DNA of 64,000 nucleotides from Thermoproteota archaeon (GTDB lineage: Archaea > Korarchaeota > Korarchaeia > Korarchaeales > Korarchaeaceae). Location: NCBI GenBank assembly GCA_026986575.1, contig JALSOH010000004.1, positions 1 to 64,000 on the forward strand, written 5' to 3'. A program made the position numbers and the translations under genes. Below are positions 36,243 through 44,669 of the stretch, one piece after another. Every line of letters starts with the position of its first letter. The first letter of the stretch is position 1. The notes beneath the pieces are model-generated. The model saw only the letters and a program-made list of their open reading frames with translations. It did no database searches and was not told where the DNA came from.

Positions 36243-39200
36243 CTACAGGAAATCCACGAGCTTCCTAGCGACCGGCCTCTCCTTACTCTCCCCTTTCTTC
36301 CCTTCGTCCCTGTTCTTTAGAGGCTTCGGCTTCGAATCCGAGGGCTTCTCCCCTAGAACGGATTCTAGTGTGTTCAAAGAGCTGGCATCCTCTTCCTCCC
36401 TGAAGAGGGACCTAGCCTCGGCCTCTAGCACCTTTATCCTCTGGGACAGGTACCCTTCAATCCCGTACTCGCGCATGAGTGATAGTGTTGGCTCCAAGTA
36501 CTTCAGCACCGTTCCCTTGTGCACGGTGAGCTGTATGGGCCCGCCGCACACGAGGCATTTGCCCGAGAGCGGCGGTCTCCTGTACTTGGCATTGCACTTG
36601 GTGCACCTGAACATCTGCTGGCCGAACTTCCTCAGGTTGCCCACGATGTCCCTTATGAAGTGGGAAGAGATGGCTCTCGAAAGGGCGTCCATCTTATCCA
36701 CAGCCTTTATCTTCTCTTCTAGGGAGAAGTGGGCCCTCATCTTGTCCTCCATCTTGTTAAGCTTCCTGTACATCGTCTGGAGCGGTCCCCGGTAAACGTG
36801 GGAGGTGGGTACGGAGTACCCAATTTCCGGGTACTTAACGCCTCTCGCGAGTTCAGTCTCCACCGTCGGCACCAGATCCTTCAGCTTGCCTGGATCCTCG
36901 TACCTGTAGGTGGCCTCGTAGAACGCTGAGGGCAGGGAGGTCACCACCTCCATGTTGTACACCTCATCGTCTATGTACTCGGGATCCACCCTCGTCACCA
37001 TCAGGAGGGGCGCATCCTCCCTTCCTCCTGGAGTGGATGGCAGGAAGTCTTGGGAGAAGTTGATGAGACCATCTAGGGCTAGCATTATGGAGTCCTCATC
37101 CCCGTCGATGTTTCTCCTCTTGGCGGCATGGAGAAAGGGGTGGGCGTAGAGAACGTCAGCGTCAGTGAATCCAATTATCCGGGCGACGTTAGCCACGAAC
37201 GTGTGAGGTGAGATCGTGAGGACTAGGTGCCCCACCAAGTCCTCCTCGCTCTCCAAGTTGTAGAAGGGTTCCAAGCCGTACACCTTTTCCAAGAGCTCAT
37301 CCATATATTTGGAGACCCTGAACAGATACTTCGCGGCCTCCCTAGGTATTATCATGTCTTGCACCTTCAGCTCTAGGATCTGGTCCTCACTCACCAGCTC
37401 CTCCCCGTGAATGTCGTGGGTATAGCCCAGTTCCCTCAGCTTCGAGATGGGAACCCCTGCTTCCTTAGGCTTGAAGTGGGTGAGTGCCGCATTAACGGCA
37501 TCGAATCTGATCGTACCGTCCTTGAAGACGTAAAGGTCGTACTTGCTCCTCAAAATGCCTTTCTCTATCATCTCGGGTGATTTAGATCCACTGGTCAGCC
37601 CCTTAACACCTTTAACCTTTTTCAGGAGTTCCATGGGCTCTCTTAGGTTGGAGAATGCTCTATTCACTTCCTCCTTTATGTTCAGGACCGTCTTCTTGTA
37701 GGGAACCGGATCCGCGTTGGGATGATCTCCACACCTGCCGTTGACCCTCTTGCCGCAAATTGGACAGAACATGAGTTGAACCGTCCTCGTCCCGCACTTT
37801 GGGCATTTGAATCTCGTGGTCTTGGTTCCGCAGCTGGGACACACCCTCAGGGCCACTTCGACCTCTACCTTGCCCTGATTGTATGCGGCCTCCATTGAGC
37901 GAGTCATCCCCTTGAGTTCCCCTATGGGAAAGAGCAGATTCACTGGGGGTTTCATCTTCCTGGGCTTAGCTTTCTCTGGCCTGCCAACCCTCATACCGAT
38001 CTTCGTGGGACCCTTGGGCATCACTTTGACGTCTAGGTGCTCATTGAGGAATCTTAGGGTCTCGTACTCAGAGATCCCATTGATATCGACGTCAGCGGGT
38101 ATCTTGGATGCCAAATACTCTAGGAGAGATGCGTCTTCCCCTTCCACCCATAGCATGTTCATTCCCACTCTATGGGGAACTCCGAGCCTCTCCAAGATGT
38201 CCTTGATCTCATCACTAGCCCTAAGAGAGATAGCCTTCCCAGATCTGGCCCCTTCCCTCGCGGCCTCAAGCAGGGTTAGCAGTTCCCCGATCCTCACGTG
38301 CTCCCAGAAATAAGTGTACCTCGGATGGAGTGGAATACCAAATTTCTTGGATATCTCCAAGGCCTCTAAGAAGGAGACTCTCTGCCATCTCTCCACAGGG
38401 GGAACTATTCCCAACTCTTTGGCCTTCTCGCTCAGGAGGGAATACCACCACTCCTCCACCCAAGCTGATGGGAGGAGCTTGTGGTTGTTTTCGAGGAACT
38501 CCCCAAAACCTATCAAGATATCCCCTAGGTGCAGTATCTTCTCCACTGAACCGGCCAGCACCTTGGCCTGCTCAGGATCGTCAATCCTGACAACACTTCC
38601 ATCCCTGAGCCTCACGACGGGCCCTTCTATCCAATCTACCGGCATCACCACGGCGCTCTTCCCGGGTCTCTCGATCCTGACCTGAGTGCCCACCGCCACG
38701 AAGCTGTCGAGTACGTACATGGTCGCGGGGTTCATTCCTATGCTCGCTAGTCCCGTGTTCCTAGATCTGCCGTACCTCAGCCTGAATCCCCCAATCCTAG
38801 ATGGGTGGGCCAGTACGGGCCTCCCCATGACGGCATCCTTCAGGTACTTGTACGAGGGTTCTACAACTGGGCAGCCTTCGTCCTGTGCTCCCTCGCCGCC
38901 CTTCTCTCCTCGACCGCCATCCTCTCCCAACCATCTCCAAGCGGAATCGTCGAAATCTCCTATGGACTTCTTGAGCTGTTTTATGATCTTCTTCAGCTTC
39001 TTAGCTTTCTGTATGACGCAGTCATTGATGACCAAGACGGCCCCTCCCCTTATCCTGTTGGTCTCCACCCTAGGGAGATTTCTGAAGGAGGAGACCTCCT
39101 CCTTCTCCGTTGGAGGACCCGTTACCTCGATGGGTATGTGCATAACTGCTCTCCTAACCTCTTCAGGCTCGGAGTTGTACTGCAGATGGGCCACCCTCTT

Positions 39201-39773
39201 GTACAGGAAGACCTCCTCTGTGTACCTCTCGACCTCCTCGTGGGTGGGGATGTACCTACCCAAACCCAACCTCTGCCTTATGTAGTCAGCCATTAGGACG
39301 CTTATAGCCCCCTCTGTACCTCCGGCAGTTCTTATCGGCCCGTTATAGTACACTGAGAGGTAGGCATCACGGCCCGCACCCTTTATGGCCACCCTGCTTA
39401 TTCCCTCAATCGGAGCGGAGACTGTGGCATCGGTTATTATGGCCATGCCTACTCTCAGCGCCAGCTCAGCCCTGTATTCGTCGTCTCCCCCAACATCTAT
39501 CTTGGGAACTTCGCCTTCCCTGGGAATTATCTCAGCTATGACCCTGAAAGCCGTCTCTACTTTGTTATCAGTCTTCTCCAGCCAATACTTGACCCTATCC
39601 CCCAAGGACTCCACATTGAAGAGCGCAACTATCCTTTCATGGAGCTCGTTCGCTATCTTTATCTCCACATCCTCCTTAGGGTCGTAACCCGCAGCTCTGG
39701 CCTTCTTGGCGACCTCAAGCACCATCTTCAGGTCTTCTTCGAGCGAGATGAAGTACCTCTCGTCTACCGACAT
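36243..39773 (-). CDS. polC: DNA polymerase D large subunit DP2 (no intein)
   Basis: GPIRTAGGT, GGFRLRYGRSR, GMRVGRPEKA, FKDGTIRFD, catalytic AAKRRNIDGDED, Zn fingers, C-terminal PIP-like KLVDFL. An alternative start at 39794 is possible. Confidence 0.97.
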   Translation of the reverse strand: MSVDERYFISLEEDLKMVLEVAKKARAAGYDPKEDVEIKIANELHERIVALFNVESLGDRVKYWLEKTDNKVETAFRVIAEIIPREGEVPKIDVGGDDEYRAELALRVGMAIITDATVSAPIEGISRVAIKGAGRDAYLSVYYNGPIRTAGGTEGAISVLMADYIRQRLGLGRYIPTHEEVERYTEEVFLYKRVAHLQYNSEPEEVRRAVMHIPIEVTGPPTEKEEVSSFRNLPRVETNRIRGGAVLVINDCVIQKAKKLKKIIKQLKKSIGDFDDSAWRWLGEDGGRGEKGGEGAQDEGCPVVEPSYKYLKDAVMGRPVLAHPSRIGGFRLRYGRSRNTGLASIGMNPATMYVLDSFVAVGTQVRIERPGKSAVVMPVDWIEGPVVRLRDGSVVRIDDPEQAKVLAGSVEKILHLGDILIGFGEFLENNHKLLPSAWVEEWWYSLLSEKAKELGIVPPVERWQRVSFLEALEISKKFGIPLHPRYTYFWEHVRIGELLTLLEAAREGARSGKAISLRASDEIKDILERLGVPHRVGMNMLWVEGEDASLLEYLASKIPADVDINGISEYETLRFLNEHLDVKVMPKGPTKIGMRVGRPEKAKPRKMKPPVNLLFPIGELKGMTRSMEAAYNQGKVEVEVALRVCPSCGTKTTRFKCPKCGTRTVQLMFCPICGKRVNGRCGDHPNADPVPYKKTVLNIKEEVNRAFSNLREPMELLKKVKGVKGLTSGSKSPEMIEKGILRSKYDLYVFKDGTIRFDAVNAALTHFKPKEAGVPISKLRELGYTHDIHGEELVSEDQILELKVQDMIIPREAAKYLFRVSKYMDELLEKVYGLEPFYNLESEEDLVGHLVLTISPHTFVANVARIIGFTDADVLYAHPFLHAAKRRNIDGDEDSIMLALDGLINFSQDFLPSTPGGREDAPLLMVTRVDPEYIDDEVYNMEVVTSLPSAFYEATYRYEDPGKLKDLVPTVETELARGVKYPEIGYSVPTSHVYRGPLQTMYRKLNKMEDKMRAHFSLEEKIKAVDKMDALSRAISSHFIRDIVGNLRKFGQQMFRCTKCNAKYRRPPLSGKCLVCGGPIQLTVHKGTVLKYLEPTLSLMREYGIEGYLSQRIKVLEAEARSLFREEEDASSLNTLESVLGEKPSDSKPKPLKNRDEGKKGESKERPVARKLVDFL

Positions 39774-39881
39774 ATCCCGGTTAAGGCGCCTCACCGAGGG
39801 TATAAAGGGATGGCCCGGGACATCAAGTCCATCGGGATACTTAATTTAGAAGTGAAAGTTATAAAATTCGGGTGCTTTGAA

Positions 39882-40127
39882 ATGGGAAGGAGAAAGAGGA
39901 GAACCACTCTTCCGGTCAGAAAGAGGAGGAAGTCCGCCTTCTTCAGGTGCCCCGTTTGTCAGCACAACTCGATAATGGTTGAACTCCACGAGAAGGAGGG
40001 AAAGGCCGTCATCAAGTGTTTCAACTGCGGGCTTGTTGAGGAGATCGAGATGAAGCCGGGAGAGACGAAGGTCGATGTCTACACCAGGTTCTTCGACTCG
40101 TACATAGAGAGGGCGGAGGGAGCCTGA
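39882..40127 (+). CDS. elf1: Transcription elongation factor Elf1
   Basis: MGRRKRR...FRCPVCQH...CFNCG...VDVYTRFFD; TATA (TTATAAAA) about 20 nt upstream. Confidence 0.9.
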   Translation: MGRRKRRTTLPVRKRRKSAFFRCPVCQHNSIMVELHEKEGKAVIKCFNCGLVEEIEMKPGETKVDVYTRFFDSYIERAEGA

Positions 40128-40129
40128 GC

Positions 40130-40735
40130 TCATCCCTCTCCTATTACCTCAGGAACGAACTTAGGATTATCTATAACTTTGGTTTCCGCGTGTGCCCGCT
40201 TGAGGGCCTCCAGATTCACATCAGTGAGCCTCTTCATCATGGCCCTAACCGAGCTCGCGGCGCTCTCGAGACCCACTATGCCTGTAGCTTTCACTAAGGC
40301 TCCGACCATGGCCGAGTTAGGGACGGGGAGTCCAGCCACTTTCAATCCCAGTTCCATAGAGATGGCGGTAGCATCCACAGTAGCGAGCCTCTGCACCCTC
40401 TTGGGAAGGAATATCTCCGCGGGATCTTCGGGCACGTTCATCACGACTATCGTATCGTGTTTCACGCCCCTCCAAGCCACCTCCAGATTGAGGAACATGG
40501 GATCCAGCAAGACCAGTACGTCCGGCTCATATATCTGACTCCTCAGCCTTATGGGGGAGCTGGAGACTCTAGTGAACGCCATTACAGGAGCGCCTCTCCT
40601 CTCAGCTCCGAAGAATGGAAATGCTTGGGACCATTTGCCCTCCAAGAAGGCAGCTTTAGCCACGATTCTGGAAGCGAGAACGGCGCCCTGACCGCCCCTA
40701 CCGTGCCACCTAATCTCGATGAGTTCGTCCCCCAA
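40130..40735 (-). CDS. porG: 2-oxoacid:ferredoxin oxidoreductase gamma subunit (PorG-like)
   Basis: EIRWHGRGGQGAV...FFGAERRGAPV...NSAMVGA. Confidence 0.9.
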   Translation of the reverse strand: MGDELIEIRWHGRGGQGAVLASRIVAKAAFLEGKWSQAFPFFGAERRGAPVMAFTRVSSSPIRLRSQIYEPDVLVLLDPMFLNLEVAWRGVKHDTIVVMNVPEDPAEIFLPKRVQRLATVDATAISMELGLKVAGLPVPNSAMVGALVKATGIVGLESAASSVRAMMKRLTDVNLEALKRAHAETKVIDNPKFVPEVIGEG

Positions 40736-40825
40736 ATCCGTTCCCCAAGTTCTACAGGTGTAAACTTTTTAAAACCGTATTGCACCTCACCCTGATGCCA
40801 GTGTTCCCTTTAAGGGGGTGCTTAT

Positions 40826-41248
40826 TTGGTAGAGTCTGAGGATGTTCCAGTCGATATTGACCTAGATGAGGGATCCGATTCCCCCAATCCTAGTAAGGAG
40901 GCTAAATCTCCTGGGAAGAGGTCCTCAGGAAAGTCCTCCTCTAAGGCTAAGAAGACCGCGAAGACCAAGAAGGAGAAGACCCAGAAGAGGACCAAGACCA
41001 CTAGAACCAAGAAGACAAAGAAGGCGATCAAGTATGATCCGACCGAGAACTTCATGGTGCCCAAGCATGAGATAGTCAGCGAGGATGAGAAGAGGGAATT
41101 GGAGAGGATGTATGGGTCCTTGGATTTGTTTCCCAAGATACTCGTGACTGACCCCATAGTGATGAAGTTGGGGGCGAAGGAGGGAGATCTGATCCGGATA
41201 CATCGTGAGGAGGGCTTCTATTACAGGTACGTGGTTAGTAGGAGTTGA
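40826..41248 (+). CDS. rpoH: RNA polymerase subunit H (Rpo5) with a low-complexity N-terminal extension
   Basis: VPKHEI...PKILVTDP...GAKEGDLIRI...YYRYVV; first gene of the rpo operon. Confidence 0.9.
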   Translation: MVESEDVPVDIDLDEGSDSPNPSKEAKSPGKRSSGKSSSKAKKTAKTKKEKTQKRTKTTRTKKTKKAIKYDPTENFMVPKHEIVSEDEKRELERMYGSLDLFPKILVTDPIVMKLGAKEGDLIRIHREEGFYYRYVVSRS

Positions 41249-41263
41249 TTTTACGATTATGTT

Positions 41264-44200
41264 GTGGGGGTTGTTTCCGTGTCGTCGACCGTGAATGTTG
41301 GGGATATGAATATCGATTTCTACCCTATAGTAAAGGCCTACTTCCGGGAGCGGAAGCTCTCGGATGTCCAGATAGAGTCCTTCAACAGGTTCTTGGAGAG
41401 GGGAATACAGGAGGTCATAGATGCGTTCAAAGAGTTGGAGCTAGTGGAGAACTACAAATTGGTGCTGAGCAGAGTCTACGTGGGCAGGCCCGAGGTGGAG
41501 GAGTACGATGGTTCATCGCTCCCGGCGATGCCTAATGAGATAAGGCTGAGGAACGCCAATTACCTCGCTCCGATAGAGCTGGAGATAAAGGTATACTCTG
41601 GAGGAATGGAGCTGAAGAGCGAGAGGGTGAGGATAGGCCACATACCCATAATGGTAAGGTCCAAGGGCTGCTATCTCTACAGGCTGGATGAGAAGAGGTT
41701 GATAGAGAAGGGAGAGGACCCTAGGGATCCCGGAGGTTACTTCATCATAAACGGATCGGAGAGGGTGCTCGTCATAAGGGATGATCTAGCGCCCAATAAG
41801 GTGATAGTTGAGCAGACCACAGCGGAGAATAAACCGTACTCGCATGTGGCCCAGATAGTGTCTGCTAAGGCTGGTTTGAGGACTAGGCTCTACTTAGAGT
41901 ATTACACCCGGGATGGGACGATAAAGGCCTCCACCGGGGCCATAAGGGGAGTCCCCGTTGCCATGCTGCTGAAGGCTCTCGGACTTGAGAGGGATGAGGA
42001 CATAGTTGATGCCATATCCAGCGATGAGGAGATAAGGAATGAGTTCCTCTACAGCCTCGACGATGTCCAGAGACGGGCTGAAGAGGAGGGAACTGTTGGG
42101 ATGCTCACTCAGGAGGAGGCTCTGGACTACATAGGCAGGAGGCTCGTGCAGGCGGTTCCCAAGGCAGACAGGGTGAGGTACGCGAAGGAATACCTGAAGA
42201 ACAACCTGCTGCCTCACATCGGAAACAGCGAGGAGGACAACATGGTAAAGGCTTACTTCCTAGCCAAGATGATAGAGAAGCTGCTCAAGGTCGTCAGGGG
42301 TAAGATCGCTCCCGATGATAAGGATCACTTCTCTAACAAGAGGCTCAGACTGGCTGGAACATTGATGCAGGAGGTCTTTAGGGACGCATTTTATCAACTG
42401 GTGAGGAGGCTGAAGGAAAAGGCGGATGAGCAGCTCAGCAGTGGCGTCTATGACTTGGACGTCAGGAGGATCCTGATGAGCCAGAAGATGATCACTCAAC
42501 GCATACTGAGGGCTGTAGCTACGGGAGCCTGGCCGGGAGGCGATCTGGGCGTTAGCCAGAACTTGGAGAGGACCAACTACATAGCTACGCTGCACCACCT
42601 GAGGAGGGTCAACTCGCCCCTACCAGCTGGGCTGCCCCTTCACGAGGCGAGACAGATCCACGGTACCTCCATAGGTAGATTATGTCCCCTTGAAACTCCA
42701 GAGGGAACGAACGTGGGGCTGGTCAGGAGCCTCGCCGTGTTCAGCGATGTGACCTTCGGGACCGATCCAGAGCCTGTTATAGAGATGGTTTTGGACTGGG
42801 GCGCCAAACCCGCGGTCCAGGCAACGCCTAAGGAGGTGGGGAGGCTAACCCCCGTATACGTGGATGGCAGGCTCATAGCGTTCACCGATAAGCCAGAGGA
42901 TCTGATAGCCTTCCTCAGGGAGAGGAGGCCTGAGATGAGTCCGGAGGTTAACTTCACTTACAATAGGGAGGAGAATGCCGTCTACATAAACGCGGACGCT
43001 GGTAGGATGAGGAGGCCCCTCATACCCGTTGACAAGATAGAAGAGGCGATAAAGCTCCTGCCGGAGGTGGAGGCCGGCAACATAAGCTTCTCCGATCTCG
43101 TGAAGATGGGAGTTGTGGAGTTGCTGGATGTGGACGAGGAGGAGTCCGCGGTCATTGCCTACAGCCTCAAGGAGTTGAACGAGAGACACACCCACCTAGA
43201 CTTCGCCCCCTACGCGATGTTCGGCGTAGCCGCCTCCCAGATACCCTACGCGGAGCATAACAACATACCTAGAGACATAATCGGCGCCAATATGGTCAGG
43301 CAGGGCTTAGGCGAGTATGTAGCGAACTGGAGGCTCCGGTTCGACTCCAGAGCATTCCTCATGTTCTACCCGCAGAGACCCATAGTGAAGACGCGGGGCT
43401 CCGAGATAACGGGTTACGATTATAGACCCTCCGGGCAGAACCTCGTCGTCGCTCTCATACCTATGGATGGGTACAACATGGACGACGCCTTAGTCATGTC
43501 GAAGGGCTCGATAGATAGGGGTGCCGCGAGGGCGGTCTTCTTCAGGACCTATGAGGCGGAGGCTAGGAGGCAAGCCATAATAGAGGGTGATCGGTTTGAG
43601 AACCCACTGCCGCTCAAGAAGGTATCTGGAAAGAAGGAGGAGCAGTACTACCAGAAGCTCGGGGAGGATGGCATAGTAGATCCCGAGACCTATGTTGAGG
43701 GAGGAGATGTCCTCATAGGTAAGACTAGCCCGCCCAGGTTCTCACCGGAGCTGTCCATCGGAGGGGGCTACCAGTACACCTTCGAGAGGAGGGACACCTC
43801 CATAGCTATGAGGGCATGGGAGAAGGGTGTGGTCACTGATGTCCTGCTGGCAACTAAGACGGGTGGAGAGAAGCTAGTCAGGGTCAAGGTCAGGGACACG
43901 AGGCCTCCCGAACTGGGAGACAAGTTCGCCACGAGACATGGTCAGAAAGGAGTGCTCGGCATGATATACAGGCAGGAGGATATGCCCTTCACTTCCGAGG
44001 GCATAGTGCCTGACATAGTTCTAGATCCGCACGCTATACCCTCTAGGATGACCATAGGCCAGCTCTACGAGATACTGGCGGGGAAGGTGGGTGCTCTGGA
44101 GGGCAGGTTCGTTGACGGCACTCCTTTCATGTCCGAGCCTGTGGAGGACCTCATGGAGGCCCTGAAGAAGCTCGGATTTGAGTATAGCGGTGAGGAGATA

Positions 44201-44653
44201 ATGTACGATGGCAGGACCGGTCGGATGATAAAGGCTCCCATATTCATAGGCATCAGCTACTACCAGAGGCTCAAGCACATGGTCAGGGACAAGATACACG
44301 CCAGAGCAAGGGGACAGATGCAGCTCCTGACGAGGCAGCCGGTCGAGGGAAGGGCTAGAGGTGGCGGACTCAGGCTCGGTGAGATGGAGGGAGAGGTGCT
44401 CATCTCGCACGGAGCCGCTTCGGTAATGAGGGACAGGTACGTTGAGCAGTCGGATAAGACGATAATCTACGTCTGCAAGAATTGCGGCACAGTAGCGTTC
44501 TTCAACCAGAGGACCAACGAGTTCTTCTGTCCGAGGTGCCAGTCATCCGTTGAGGTGAAGCCGCTGATCACCAGTCACGCCTCGAAGCTGTTCATTGATG
44601 AGCTGATGAGCGGTCACATAGACGTTAGGCTAGATGTGAGGGAGGAGGTCTGA
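41264..44653 (+). CDS. rpoB: RNA polymerase subunit B (Rpo2, unsplit)
   Basis: GGYFIINGSERV, ETPEG, GDKFATRHGQKG, RLKHMV, GEME, C-terminal Zn finger. Exact start uncertain. Confidence 0.97.
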   Translation: MGVVSVSSTVNVGDMNIDFYPIVKAYFRERKLSDVQIESFNRFLERGIQEVIDAFKELELVENYKLVLSRVYVGRPEVEEYDGSSLPAMPNEIRLRNANYLAPIELEIKVYSGGMELKSERVRIGHIPIMVRSKGCYLYRLDEKRLIEKGEDPRDPGGYFIINGSERVLVIRDDLAPNKVIVEQTTAENKPYSHVAQIVSAKAGLRTRLYLEYYTRDGTIKASTGAIRGVPVAMLLKALGLERDEDIVDAISSDEEIRNEFLYSLDDVQRRAEEEGTVGMLTQEEALDYIGRRLVQAVPKADRVRYAKEYLKNNLLPHIGNSEEDNMVKAYFLAKMIEKLLKVVRGKIAPDDKDHFSNKRLRLAGTLMQEVFRDAFYQLVRRLKEKADEQLSSGVYDLDVRRILMSQKMITQRILRAVATGAWPGGDLGVSQNLERTNYIATLHHLRRVNSPLPAGLPLHEARQIHGTSIGRLCPLETPEGTNVGLVRSLAVFSDVTFGTDPEPVIEMVLDWGAKPAVQATPKEVGRLTPVYVDGRLIAFTDKPEDLIAFLRERRPEMSPEVNFTYNREENAVYINADAGRMRRPLIPVDKIEEAIKLLPEVEAGNISFSDLVKMGVVELLDVDEEESAVIAYSLKELNERHTHLDFAPYAMFGVAASQIPYAEHNNIPRDIIGANMVRQGLGEYVANWRLRFDSRAFLMFYPQRPIVKTRGSEITGYDYRPSGQNLVVALIPMDGYNMDDALVMSKGSIDRGAARAVFFRTYEAEARRQAIIEGDRFENPLPLKKVSGKKEEQYYQKLGEDGIVDPETYVEGGDVLIGKTSPPRFSPELSIGGGYQYTFERRDTSIAMRAWEKGVVTDVLLATKTGGEKLVRVKVRDTRPPELGDKFATRHGQKGVLGMIYRQEDMPFTSEGIVPDIVLDPHAIPSRMTIGQLYEILAGKVGALEGRFVDGTPFMSEPVEDLMEALKKLGFEYSGEEIMYDGRTGRMIKAPIFIGISYYQRLKHMVRDKIHARARGQMQLLTRQPVEGRARGGGLRLGEMEGEVLISHGAASVMRDRYVEQSDKTIIYVCKNCGTVAFFNQRTNEFFCPRCQSSVEVKPLITSHASKLFIDELMSGHIDVRLDVREEV

Positions 44654-44669
44654 AGGAGGAGGTGATCTC

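Noticed and set aside
36243-39773. Possible intein in DP2 or the RNAP subunits
   Set aside because: Lengths are normal, conserved motifs are uninterrupted, and no intein or LAGLIDADG motifs were seen.
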